The notes under the pieces: generated by a model
What the model was told of the DNA's origin: nothing
Database searches by the model: none
Seen by the model: only the letters and a program-made list of their open reading frames with translations
Assembly (NCBI GenBank): GCA_012838345.1
Contig: DUPK01000063.1
Location: forward strand, 8,738 to 72,737
DNA length: 64,000 bases
Origin: Clostridiales bacterium
GTDB lineage: Bacteria; Bacillota; Clostridia; Oscillospirales; Oscillospiraceae
Direction of reading: 5' to 3'
Position numbers and translations under genes: made by a program
Shown here: positions 1 through 8,392 of the stretch, one piece after another
Layout: each line of letters opens with the position of its first letter
Position numbering within the stretch: the stretch's first letter is position 1

Positions 1-1160
1 AGATACTCGACGAGTGGACGGCTTGGCGAATCGACTGTGTAAGGCGCCGCGTGTATTTCGAGCTGACGAAAAAGAAGGAAAAGCTCCATCTTTTAAAGGG
101 CCTTAAGAGAATTCTGCTCGACATAGACAAGGCAATCAGCATTATACGCAACACCGAAGTGGAGGCCGAAGTCGTCCCGAACCTCATGATTGGCTTCGGC
201 ATAGACGAGCTTCAGGCCGAGTTTGTCGCTGATATTAAGCTGCGCAATATAAATAAGGAATACATCCTGAAGCGTGTAGAAGAGACTGAAACGCTTGAAA
301 AGGACATAGCGGACCTTGAGGATTTACTGCAGAGCCGTCGCCGCATAAAGGCGGTGATTATCGAGGAGCTCAAAAACGTCATGAAGAAGTACGGCGCCCC
401 CCGCAGGACGGGTATAGTTTACGCCGACGAGGTTGAGCATTACAGCGAGGAAGAGCATATAGAGGACTACGAGGTAAACATCTTCCTCTCGCGCGAGGGC
501 TACTTTAAGAAGATAACCCCGCTCTCGCTGCGGATGGGCGGTGAGCAGAAGTATAAGGAAAACGACAGCCTGCTTCTCAGCTTTGAAGCGACAAACCGCG
601 ACGAGCTGCTTATATTTACGGACAGGCAGCAGTGCTACAAGGCAAAGGTTTCGGATTTCGAGGACACAAAGGCCTCGGCGCTCGGAACCTACCTGCCCTC
701 GCATCTCGGCATGGATGCGGGCGAGAACGTGGTCTATATGGCGAACGCGAGGGACTACAAAGGCAGCCTTCTTTTCTTCTTTGAAAACGGCAAGGCTGCG
801 CGCGTGCCCGTATCGGCATATGAGACAAAAGCAAACCGCCGCAAGCTCACCGGAGCTTATTCGGACAAGAGCCCGCTCAAGGCGGTAATTGAGCTTACCG
901 AGGACATGGAAGTAGCCGTATATTCGACGGACGGCAGGGCTATCATATTCAATACGGCGCTGATAGCGCCCAAAACAACGCGCACCACGCAGGGCGTGTC
1001 GATTATGGCGCTTAAGGCAAGGCGCAAGCTGAAAAGCGCCCGACCGCTCTCGGCGACGGGAATACAGAATGTCTCGCGCTACCGTGTCCGCAATCTCCCC
1101 GCCGCGGGAGCGCTCCTTCGGGAAGAGGATTTGGAAGAAAAGCAGATGAGCCTTCTGTAG
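1..1160 (+). CDS. DNA gyrase/topoisomerase IV subunit A family protein, C-terminal part (5' end outside window)
   Basis: The frame is open from base 3 with no stop upstream of the track start at 51. The translation has a GyrA/ParC-like coiled-coil exit (RRVYFELTKKKEKLHLLKGL) followed by beta-pinwheel-like repeats (GYFKKITP..., ELLIFTDRQQCYK, SLLFFFENGKAARV, VAVYSTDGRAIIF). I cannot tell GyrA from ParC by eye. Confidence 0.8.
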   Translation, partial: ILDEWTAWRIDCVRRRVYFELTKKKEKLHLLKGLKRILLDIDKAISIIRNTEVEAEVVPNLMIGFGIDELQAEFVADIKLRNINKEYILKRVEETETLEKDIADLEDLLQSRRRIKAVIIEELKNVMKKYGAPRRTGIVYADEVEHYSEEEHIEDYEVNIFLSREGYFKKITPLSLRMGGEQKYKENDSLLLSFEATNRDELLIFTDRQQCYKAKVSDFEDTKASALGTYLPSHLGMDAGENVVYMANARDYKGSLLFFFENGKAARVPVSAYETKANRRKLTGAYSDKSPLKAVIELTEDMEVAVYSTDGRAIIFNTALIAPKTTRTTQGVSIMALKARRKLKSARPLSATGIQNVSRYRVRNLPAAGALLREEDLEEKQMSLL

Positions 1161-1313
1161 CGGCCTACTGCATTAGGTTAAGCTGAATGTGGGTTATTCC
1201 CCAAAAAGGGCTTAGCATACCTTATAATTCTTTACATTGTTTTTTCTATTCTCAGGCTGGCGGCATACCATGCTCGGCAGATGGTGACTGTGTATTAATG
1301 ACTTGAAAGGAAA

Positions 1314-2186
1314 TTGATTTTGAACGGCGGGACTAAGCGATATACACTGATGTTCCTGAAGATACTGATAGGCTCAATACTTGATGCCGCGGGCATCAGC
1401 TTTCTGCTCTATCAAAACGGGATAATTATGGGCGGCGTCATGGGCATTTCAATGATACTCAACCGGCTGCTTACGACACCGGTGGGCCTTGTTACCATTG
1501 CCCTGAACGTACCGCTTTTCATCCTCGCCTGGAAGAGGATAGGATCGAGCTTCTTCATCGGCTCGCTTATGGGGCTTGTTTTGAGCTCGGTCATACTAGA
1601 CCTGTTTGGGCTTATTCCCCCCATAGTGCTCACGGAAAACCCCATTCTCGCCGGGATTTTCGGCGGCGTCGTAAGCGGGTTTGGGCAGGGCTTGATTTAC
1701 GCTGCGGGCGGAAGCACCGGAGGGGTGGATATTGTGGCGAAGATTCTGCGCCATTACTTCCCCTATATAGACTACGGGAAGATAGTCATGGGGCTTAGCG
1801 CCGTTATTTTCATCGCCTATGCGGTGGTGTTTGAAGCGTACGAAAACTCGCTGTACTCGGTTTTTACGGCCTTTATAATTTCCAGGATGGTGGATACTGT
1901 ACTGTATGGCCTAAACTATTCGAAGGTCTGCTACATCATCACCGAAAAGAGCGAAGAAGTAAGCAAGGCTATCACACAGGAACTCAGCAGGGGAGTCACA
2001 ATGCTCTACGGGCGCGGGGCCTTTTCCGGCAGGGAAAAGATGATGCTGCTTTGCGCCATAAAGAAGCAGCAGATAATGGATTTAAAAAGAGTGGTCAAGC
2101 GCATAGACCCGGATGCATTTATGATAATTTCGGAGGCGCGCGAAGTGCTCGGCTACGGCTTCCAGTACCTGGAGGACAAGGCCTAG
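1314..2186 (+). CDS. YitT family membrane protein (DUF2179 C-terminal domain)
   Basis: Multi-pass hydrophobic N-terminal part with GG(V/S)TGG-type motifs (AAGGSTGGVDIV). The C-terminal soluble domain (VTMLYGRGAFSGREKMMLLCAIKKQQIMDLKRVVKRIDPDAFMIISEAREVLG) is typical of YitT/DUF2179. The start codon is uncertain (TTG at 1314 taken from the track). Confidence 0.8.
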   Translation: MILNGGTKRYTLMFLKILIGSILDAAGISFLLYQNGIIMGGVMGISMILNRLLTTPVGLVTIALNVPLFILAWKRIGSSFFIGSLMGLVLSSVILDLFGLIPPIVLTENPILAGIFGGVVSGFGQGLIYAAGGSTGGVDIVAKILRHYFPYIDYGKIVMGLSAVIFIAYAVVFEAYENSLYSVFTAFIISRMVDTVLYGLNYSKVCYIITEKSEEVSKAITQELSRGVTMLYGRGAFSGREKMMLLCAIKKQQIMDLKRVVKRIDPDAFMIISEAREVLGYGFQYLEDKA

Positions 2187-2258
2187 GGCGGGCGCGGCTT
2201 GCTTCGGACTGAAAACTTGTTGCATATTAACCTTAAACGGGTCAAGGAGGGTGCTGCT

Positions 2259-3386
2259 GTGAGGAGAATACTGTGCCTGCTTATACTTGCGGCTCTTTTG
2301 TCAGCGGCATCGGGCTGTTCCTCGATAATAGACGGCGAATACTATGCGGTCACGGACCACAAGGACGAAACCGGCATCGGCAGCGCCGACTCCGACGTAA
2401 TAGAAGTAAAGACATATCAGGGCATTAAAACGGCCATCCTGACCTTTATCAAGGAAGGCAGGGAGCAGGGCGTCATCAAGGTCAGCGGCTACGACGGTGA
2501 CGTTTCGGACGCCATATCGAAGGCAAGCCTTGAAATAATAACGGAGACCGCCATTGGCGCCTATGCCGTTGAATACATTACTCACAGCTATTCCCGAATC
2601 GTCTCCTACTATGAGGCTAACGTCTATATAAACTACAGGCGCACTCAGGAGCAGGTTAAGAATGTCATGTACTTAAACTATGTTTCGGCGGTGCAGAGCG
2701 CTCTCGGCACGGCGCTCGATGTGCAGAAGGACTACCTTGTTATCTCCATATCCTCCGAGCTTGTGACGCCTGAATATATCGAAAACTATATACGCGAATA
2801 CTACAGGGAAAACCCCCATTCGGTAATTGCCCCGCCCGAAGCAGCGATTACCGTGTATGAAGGCGAGTTGCTTCCTAAAATACTGGAAATAGAGCTTGAT
2901 TACCCTTATACGGCGGAGCAGAACGCGGAGATGAGAAGGGCTCTCAGCTTAAGGGCGCAAAGGCTCCTGCAGGGAGTGCAGGCACCCTCGGACGAATACA
3001 CTGCCCTGAACATCTGCTCTGCGCTTATTTCGGCTGTCGGGTACTCGCAGGAGGGCTCGGACACCGCATACGGAACTATAGTGGACGGAACCGGGAACAG
3101 CGAGGGCTTTGCAATGGCCTATAAAGTGCTCTGCTCAATGCTTGGCGTAAAGTGCACGGTCGTGGAGGGTGAACTAGACGGCGAGAGGCATTTCTGGAAC
3201 ATCATTGGCCTTGACGGGTACTACTATCACGTGGACCCATCCATGTGCAAGCAAAACGGCATAAACACCGCGTTCTTGAGGTCTGATTACTACATGGAGC
3301 GTAATTACAGCTGGGATACCTCCGCGTATAAGGTCTGCGACGGCCCGCTGACCTATGATAAGCTCGTTTCCGAAAACCCAAGGTAA
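2259..3386 (+). CDS. Transglutaminase-like domain lipoprotein (putative; catalytic Cys position reads Ser)
   Basis: An in-frame GTG at 2259 is preceded by AAGGAGG and gives MRRILCLLILAALLSAASGCSS, a signal peptide with a lipobox. The C-terminal segment GNSEGFAMAYKVLCSMLGVKCTVVEGELDGERHFWNIIGLDGYYYHVDPS resembles the transglutaminase-like core (C..FA ... H.W ... D), but with S in place of C. Confidence 0.65.
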   Translation: MRRILCLLILAALLSAASGCSSIIDGEYYAVTDHKDETGIGSADSDVIEVKTYQGIKTAILTFIKEGREQGVIKVSGYDGDVSDAISKASLEIITETAIGAYAVEYITHSYSRIVSYYEANVYINYRRTQEQVKNVMYLNYVSAVQSALGTALDVQKDYLVISISSELVTPEYIENYIREYYRENPHSVIAPPEAAITVYEGELLPKILEIELDYPYTAEQNAEMRRALSLRAQRLLQGVQAPSDEYTALNICSALISAVGYSQEGSDTAYGTIVDGTGNSEGFAMAYKVLCSMLGVKCTVVEGELDGERHFWNIIGLDGYYYHVDPSMCKQNGINTAFLRSDYYMERNYSWDTSAYKVCDGPLTYDKLVSENPR

Positions 3387-3573
3387 CGGCTAACAATAAT
3401 TGCAAAATCTTTACAAATTGTTAAATTTATGTACATAATTTGTACATATTTTCTCATTTATTTTAGGTAAAATATTAATGCGACGAAGTCCGGGAAGAAG
3501 ATGAGTCTAGCGGAACGGGCTGCTAACAGGGGCGTGGCGCCCACCGGGAGGGTGCCACGCCCCCCGACTATAA

Positions 3574-3609
3574 AAACCGCATCTCTTATTGAGGGCGGTT
3601 TATTTTTTG
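3574..3609 (+). terminator. Rho-independent terminator-like hairpin plus T-run
   Basis: aaaccgc(a)tctc-ttatt-gagg-gcggttt is followed by tattttttg. That gives about 11 bp of stem with one bulge, then a T-run. It lies about 190 nt downstream of the preceding plus-strand gene. Confidence 0.55.
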
Positions 3610-3756
3610 TGTTTTTGTAAAGCTTTACTGAGACCGATAATGACTCAATATCATTAATTTACCAGGAAGATAATTTAACCCAATCGGCGAAAGGGGTAAT
3701 AACGCACATTGAAGGGTTAAAATGCGGATAAAGGTCTAGGCATGCTGCAAAGCAAT

Positions 3757-3783
3757 AACACCCGGGCCTTCGGCTCGGGTGTT
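3757..3783 (-). terminator. Terminator-like hairpin downstream of the minus-strand 5706-3812 operon
   Basis: aacacccgggc-cttcg-gctcgggtgtt forms about 11 bp including one G-U. On the minus strand it is followed by attgctttg. It sits 29 nt past the stop of the 3812-4561 gene. Confidence 0.5.
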
Positions 3784-3811
3784 ACTTAGTTATACATTAT
3801 TATATATAGTA

Positions 3812-4561
3812 TCAGTTTGCTTCTTCTTTCAGCAGCTGCTCGACGCGATTGAGCTGTTCGGGTGTGTTTACGCCCAGGAGCTCTGAGCCTAGATGGCGGC
3901 GGCATACTCCAACTTTTTTCCCCTCGGACTTTAAAATCTCCGGCACGTCGGTGAGGTAGTACTCGCCCTGTGCGTTGTTGCGTCTTAGCTTTGAGAGGGC
4001 GCCAAGCAGGCTGGGAGCATCAAATATGTAAACCCCGCTGTTTAGCTCCCTGATTTTACGCTCCTCCTCGCTGCAGTCCCTGTGCTCGACCATTCTTAGG
4101 AAGCTGCCGCTTTCGTCCCTTACTATCCTGCCGTAATCTAGCGGCTCGTCTGATGTGCCGCTTAGTATGGTGCAGACGTTGCTTTCGCTAAAATGGGCTT
4201 CAACCAGCGCAAGCAGGCTCTCCCTCTTTATTAAGGGCATGTCGCCGCAGCAGACGAGAATGGAGCCGTCAAAGCCGCTGAGAGCCCCCGCCGCCGCCAT
4301 CACCGCGTGCCCCGTGCCAAGCTGCTCGCTTTGCTCGGCGAAGGTGTAGCCAGGGAAGGCGGATATGACGGCCTCTTTTTTATAGCCGACGACTATGACT
4401 GTATTCCCCGCTCCGATAAAGTCTATGGCGGAGAGGACATAGGCGAGAAGCGGGCGGCCGGCAGCGACGCGCATGACCTTTGGAAGGTCGTGGGACTCGG
4501 AGTTAAGGCGCGTTCCCTTGCCCGCTGCGAGCACCACCGCCTTTAATTTTCTTTCCATCAA
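3812..4561 (-). CDS. Sugar-phosphate nucleotidyltransferase (GlmU N-terminal-domain-like, stand-alone)
   Basis: N-terminal KAVVLAAGKGTRL pyrophosphorylase signature, followed by PKVMRVAAGRPLLAYVL, GTGHAV, CCGDMPLI, YYLTDV and GVNTPEQL. The length (249 aa) covers the nucleotidyltransferase domain only, with no left-handed beta-helix acetyltransferase part. Confidence 0.8.
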   Translation of the reverse strand: MMERKLKAVVLAAGKGTRLNSESHDLPKVMRVAAGRPLLAYVLSAIDFIGAGNTVIVVGYKKEAVISAFPGYTFAEQSEQLGTGHAVMAAAGALSGFDGSILVCCGDMPLIKRESLLALVEAHFSESNVCTILSGTSDEPLDYGRIVRDESGSFLRMVEHRDCSEEERKIRELNSGVYIFDAPSLLGALSKLRRNNAQGEYYLTDVPEILKSEGKKVGVCRRHLGSELLGVNTPEQLNRVEQLLKEEAN

Positions 4562-5706
4562 TACACCCCGTTTGCGGTTAGATAGGTTTCAGTCAGTTCG
4601 TTAATCGGTTTAACCGAGAAGTCGTTTCTGTACATAAATGAGAACACTTCGCTCAGCGCGGGGAAGGCGCCAGAGCAGTGGATTGCAAGGTCCGCACGCT
4701 TATCCTCGAGGCCGAGCGGATAGGTTATTTCCCAGGGATAAAGCGTAGAATACTTTCCGTGGATTCTCAGGCTTGAGTCGCACCAGATGATAAGTCCCAT
4801 ATCCTCGGCCGCTTCTCCAAGCGCCTTTGTGTACTCGCCCTCAAGAGCTATGAGGACGCTTTTTATCCTCGCTGCCTCGAACAGGAGCTTTGAAGCCTCC
4901 TTGTAATCCTCGATTAGATTTTCGGAACAAATTAGGCCTATGCTGTGGCCATACGCCGCAATACGCCTTACAAGGTCGGCGTTTTCGCGTATTTCGTCGG
5001 CGGTAAAGAAAAAGCAGGCGGAATCCCCGTACAAAGTCAGTAGGTTCAGTACTCTTAAGGCCTCATCCCCCGCGCCGAAAAAGCTGAGGTAAACGCTTAC
5101 TTCCGGGCGCGCCGGGCTGGTGGGCGTGGGGGTGGGAGTGGGAGTCGGGAACGGAGTCGGGGTCGGAGTCGGGGTGGGGGCGAAGGAGTCGAGAAACTCG
5201 GTGAAAAGCGCCTGCATCCTAGAAGCCGCGGCCCTTGCAAAGGCGCTGTCAGAAAGAACGGCGTCGGAGTTTGTTATCCTTATGAAGGGATATGTGGCAG
5301 GGTCGTTCACAACGGAATAGCCAAAGCCGAAAAACTCGCAAACCTCTTTGGCGGGCACATAAAAAGAGGTGTTTACCAATATGGCGCTATAAGAATAGGA
5401 GTTGTTTTCATCGTCGCGGGTCTCGCTGCCTATATTAAATCTGAGGAACTGCGACGTAGAATAAATTGTGGCTATCCTGTTTTTGCTGTCCGTAATATAA
5501 TATGTCTTCAGTGCCGTGCTGTTAAAAATCGAAAGCGGCACATACATAACACCCTCATACTCGATTGGGACGGTGTCCTTTTTCAGGGGTTCCACCTTGT
5601 CGTTGATTACAATAAAATGATATGAACTTGTGGCGTCCGCCGTGGGCAGGGGCAGTATAATTGCAAGGCAAATTGCGCAAACTATAATGAATGCTATTTT
5701 CTTCAC
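4558..5706 (-). CDS. Secreted two-domain protein: N-terminal stalk-like domain, (PT)n linker, C-terminal NodB/polysaccharide-deacetylase-like domain (tentative)
   Basis: Signal peptide MKKIAFIIVCAICLAIILPLPTADA and a PTPTPTPTPFPTPTPTPTPT linker. The C-terminal part (VYLSFFGAGDE...TLYGDSACFFFTADEI...YGHSIGLIC) resembles a deacetylase fold, but the usual TFDDG motif is not visible. There is a 4-nt ATGA overlap with the downstream nucleotidyltransferase gene. Confidence 0.5.
   Translation of the reverse strand: MKKIAFIIVCAICLAIILPLPTADATSSYHFIVINDKVEPLKKDTVPIEYEGVMYVPLSIFNSTALKTYYITDSKNRIATIYSTSQFLRFNIGSETRDDENNSYSYSAILVNTSFYVPAKEVCEFFGFGYSVVNDPATYPFIRITNSDAVLSDSAFARAAASRMQALFTEFLDSFAPTPTPTPTPFPTPTPTPTPTSPARPEVSVYLSFFGAGDEALRVLNLLTLYGDSACFFFTADEIRENADLVRRIAAYGHSIGLICSENLIEDYKEASKLLFEAARIKSVLIALEGEYTKALGEAAEDMGLIIWCDSSLRIHGKYSTLYPWEITYPLGLEDKRADLAIHCSGAFPALSEVFSFMYRNDFSVKPINELTETYLTANGVY
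5115..5182 (-). repeat. Coding low-complexity repeat encoding the Pro-Thr linker
   Basis: Tandem gg(a/t)gt(c/g)gg-type units on the plus strand translate as PTPTPT on the minus strand, inside the 4558-5706 CDS. Confidence 0.8.
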
Positions 5707-5878
5707 ACCGTCTCACCCCTTTACTGGAGCAAATGTTATATAGATAGATATAAGTATATAATATCAAAAATCAAAAAACAAGCGCGGCTTTTGTGAAAGC
5801 CCCGCAAGTAAAATCGAGGCAATCGGCGGAGCTTGCCCATCTGCCTTCAAAAAAATTGAAAAACATTAGAATTTTGTA

Positions 5879-5907
5879 TTGACAACAACTAATTCTTTTG
5901 ATATTCT
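5879..5907 (+). promoter_or_regulatory. Candidate sigma-A promoter of the S10 ribosomal protein operon
   Basis: TTGACA at 5879-5884, a 17-nt spacer, then TATTCT at 5902-5907. It lies about 330 nt upstream of rpsJ, with no other gene in between. Confidence 0.45.
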
Positions 5908-6179
5908 ACTTGAGCGCCTTATGAAGGAACATGCCATAGGTGCGCAAAAATGCGATGAAGCGGGAGATTGCTCGAGTTTTCGAGGTAACTTTCGCAGAGT
6001 ATGTCCGTGGGTTCCGGAGCTTAGGAGCCCAAGTAATCGGGCGGCTGAAAAATATCTGTACCAAAGCGTTTTCGCTGTATTGGCGTATATCGCTGTAACA
6101 GAGACATGCCGGCTCACCATGCCGGTAAGATTTTTGAGGCAGAATGATACGCACGGTTTAGTGTACAGAATTTTTCATC

Positions 6180-6219
6180 CGTACGCAGCACGACCAAAGG
6201 GTCGCATTACGTACGTTTT
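6180..6219 (+). promoter_or_regulatory. Leader hairpin plus short T-run abutting the rpsJ ribosome-binding site (attenuator-like)
   Basis: cgtacg-cag-cacgacc-aaag-ggtcg-cat-ta-cgtacg followed by tttt. GAGGAGG (6220-6226) and the rpsJ ATG at 6234 come next. Confidence 0.35.
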
Positions 6220-6233
6220 GAGGAGGAAAACCA

Positions 6234-6548
6234 ATGGCAAAAGCGACAAAGAAAATCAGAATCAGACTTAAGGCCTACGACCACCAGCTCATCGACCAGT
6301 CGGCTGAGCGAATCGTTGAAACGGCCAAGCGCACGGACGCAAAGGTGTCAGGCCCCATCCCCCTGCCTACCAAGAAGGAGGTTATCACAATCCTTCGCGC
6401 GGTTCACAAGTATAAGGACAGCCGCGAGCAGTTCGAGCGCAGGACGCACAAGCGCCTTATCGACATCTTAAACCCCTCGCAGAAGACCATCGAGGCCCTT
6501 ATGTCTCTTGAGCTTCCGGCCGGCGTTGAGATTGAGATAAAGCTTTAA
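6234..6548 (+). CDS. rpsJ: 30S ribosomal protein S10
   Basis: Translation [14 protein letters not shown]...IV..A...[11 protein letters not shown] is canonical S10. It is the first gene of the S10 cluster. Confidence 0.97.
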   Translation: MAKATKKIRIRLKAYDHQLIDQSAERIVETAKRTDAKVSGPIPLPTKKEVITILRAVHKYKDSREQFERRTHKRLIDILNPSQKTIEALMSLELPAGVEIEIKL

Positions 6549-6756
6549 TTCCGGTGTTTGCCACGCCTTTGACCTGTCGGCCCGGTCACGATAGAAAACG
6601 TAGGCCGGCGCGTCCTCGGCTGACAAAAGCCCGCTAAGCAAGCTCAATACATTATTTTATTATGTCAGCACCAAGCCCGCCGGATTTGGGGCGGGCGGGT
6701 CATGTTGGCGGCGCAAAGGCGTCGTCAACCAATAACCTTAAAGGAGGAAATATTGC

Positions 6757-7452
6757 ATGAACAAAGCAATAATCGGAAAAAAAGTCGGCATGACTCAGAT
6801 TTTTGACGAGGCCGGCAAGGTCATTCCGGTTACAGTAATTGAAGCAGGCCCTTGTGTGGTCGTTCAGAAGAAGACTGTCGATAAAGAGGGTTATTCCGCG
6901 GTTCAGCTCGGTTTTCAGGACGTTGAGGAGAGGAAGCTGACCAGGCCCGAGATTGGACACCTGAAGAAAGCCGGTGTTCCGATGAAGAGGGTCCTTAAAG
7001 AGTTTAAGCTGGAGAACGCGGATTCTCTGAATGTAGGCGACGAAGTCAAAGTCGACATTTTCGCCGAGGGCGAGAAGGTGGACGTGACGGGAATAAGCCG
7101 CGGTAAGGGCTATGCCGGCGTTATTAAGCGCTGGAACGCGCGCAGGACCCCCGAAAGCCACGGCGGCGGCCCCGTCCACAGGCACGCCGGCTCCATGGGC
7201 GCAAACTCCAATCCGTCCCGTATTTTCAAGGGTAAAATCGGAGCAGGCCACATGGGCGCCGAGCAGGTCACGGTACTCAACCTCGATGTTGTCAAGGTTG
7301 ACCCCGAACTGAACATGATTGCTGTGAGAGGTGCGATACCCGGCGCGAAGGGTAGCATCGTCTACATTAGAAATACGGTTAAGAAAAACAGGGTCAAGAA
7401 CACTGTGCAGACTGTAAGCACGAACCCGCAGAAGAAGTCGGCCAGAGGCTGA
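6757..7452 (+). CDS. rplC: 50S ribosomal protein L3
   Basis: [23 protein letters not shown] and [12 protein letters not shown] motifs, with AAAGGAGG upstream. It carries a Lys-rich C-terminal tail. Confidence 0.97.
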   Translation: MNKAIIGKKVGMTQIFDEAGKVIPVTVIEAGPCVVVQKKTVDKEGYSAVQLGFQDVEERKLTRPEIGHLKKAGVPMKRVLKEFKLENADSLNVGDEVKVDIFAEGEKVDVTGISRGKGYAGVIKRWNARRTPESHGGGPVHRHAGSMGANSNPSRIFKGKIGAGHMGAEQVTVLNLDVVKVDPELNMIAVRGAIPGAKGSIVYIRNTVKKNRVKNTVQTVSTNPQKKSARG

Positions 7453-7468
7453 GAGAGGAGAGATTTAG

Positions 7469-8092
7469 ATGCCTACAACAAAGATGTATAATATGGCCGG
7501 CGAGCAGGTCGGAGAGATCGAGCTCAGCGAGGCTGTATTCGGAGTAGAGCCGAACGAGGCCGTTTTGCACGAGGCGGTCAAAAATTATCTCGCCAATCAG
7601 CGCCAAGGCACCCAGAGCGCGCTGACCAGAGGAGAAGTTTCCGGAGGCGGCAGGAAGCCTTGGCGTCAGAAGGGCACGGGACGTGCCCGCACGGGCTCTA
7701 TCAGAGCTCCCCACTGGACGCACGGCGGCGTGGTATTCGCCCCCAAGCCCAGAGATTACAGCTACACAATAAATAAGAAGGCTAGGAGACTCGCCCTTAA
7801 GAGCGCTCTTTCCCTCAAGGCGCGGTCCAGCGACATAATTGTTATCGACGATTTGAAGATGGACGCCATAAAGACCAAGGAATTTAAACAGTTCCTGGAC
7901 GCGGTTGAGGTCAGCGGCAAGGCTATGGTGGTCACCGCCGAGCCGAAGGAAAACGTAATAAAGAGTGCCCGCAATATCCCCGGCATAAAGACCACAATCG
8001 CGACTATCTTAAGCCCCTATGACATTATAAACTGCGACAAGTTTATAGTCGACGAGGCTGCACTCCGCCGGATTGAGGAGGTTTACGCATAA
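7469..8092 (+). CDS. rplD: 50S ribosomal protein L4
   Basis: Motif GGGRKPWRQKGTGRAR, and its position after rplC. Confidence 0.97.
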   Translation: MPTTKMYNMAGEQVGEIELSEAVFGVEPNEAVLHEAVKNYLANQRQGTQSALTRGEVSGGGRKPWRQKGTGRARTGSIRAPHWTHGGVVFAPKPRDYSYTINKKARRLALKSALSLKARSSDIIVIDDLKMDAIKTKEFKQFLDAVEVSGKAMVVTAEPKENVIKSARNIPGIKTTIATILSPYDIINCDKFIVDEAALRRIEEVYA

Positions 8093-8388
8093 TGAAATCG
8101 GCTTATGATGTCATTATTCGTCCTGTAATCACAGAGCAATCGATGGAACATGCCGATATTAAGAAGTATGTTTTCGAGGTTGCCAAGGACGCCAACAAAA
8201 TAGAAATCGCCAAGGCTGTAGAAGAAATCTTTGGCGTTGAAGTCGAGAAGGTCACGACACTGCTCGTAAAGGGAAAGGAAAAGCGCGTCGGCGCAAATCC
8301 CAAGGGACGTACGGCCTCCTGGAAAAAGGCGGTTGTCAGGCTCACTCCCAAGTCGAAGACCATCGAGTTCTTTGAAGGGATGGTGTAA
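8092..8388 (+). CDS. rplW: 50S ribosomal protein L23
   Basis: Motif DVIIRPVITEQS...KYVFEV. There is an ATAATG overlap with the rplD stop. Confidence 0.96.
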   Translation: MKSAYDVIIRPVITEQSMEHADIKKYVFEVAKDANKIEIAKAVEEIFGVEVEKVTTLLVKGKEKRVGANPKGRTASWKKAVVRLTPKSKTIEFFEGMV

Positions 8389-8392
8389 TTAG

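Noticed and set aside
3480-3570. Whether the GC-rich structured segment is an SRP (4.5S) RNA, a guanidine/ykkC-type riboswitch or a tRNA
   Set aside because: gtccgggaagaag only superficially resembles the SRP domain IV GGAA-loop region, and the conserved AGCAGCC-type partner is absent. No ykkC or tRNA hallmarks (T-loop GTTCGAATC) are visible. I left it as an unclassified candidate.
5115-5182. Short tandem DNA repeats (also at 53385-53545 and 54527-54617) considered as possible CRISPR, VNTR or regulatory repeats
   Set aside because: All lie inside well-supported CDSs and simply encode low-complexity linkers or tails: PT repeats, a P/S/T-rich linker and an E/Q acidic tail. There is no repeat-spacer architecture.
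5866-6271. ORFs of 82-130 aa on both strands in the rpsJ leader region
   Set aside because: One starts on the TTG of the TTGACA -35 box and runs into rpsJ out of frame. None has an RBS and none has protein-like composition. I interpret the region as an untranslated leader.
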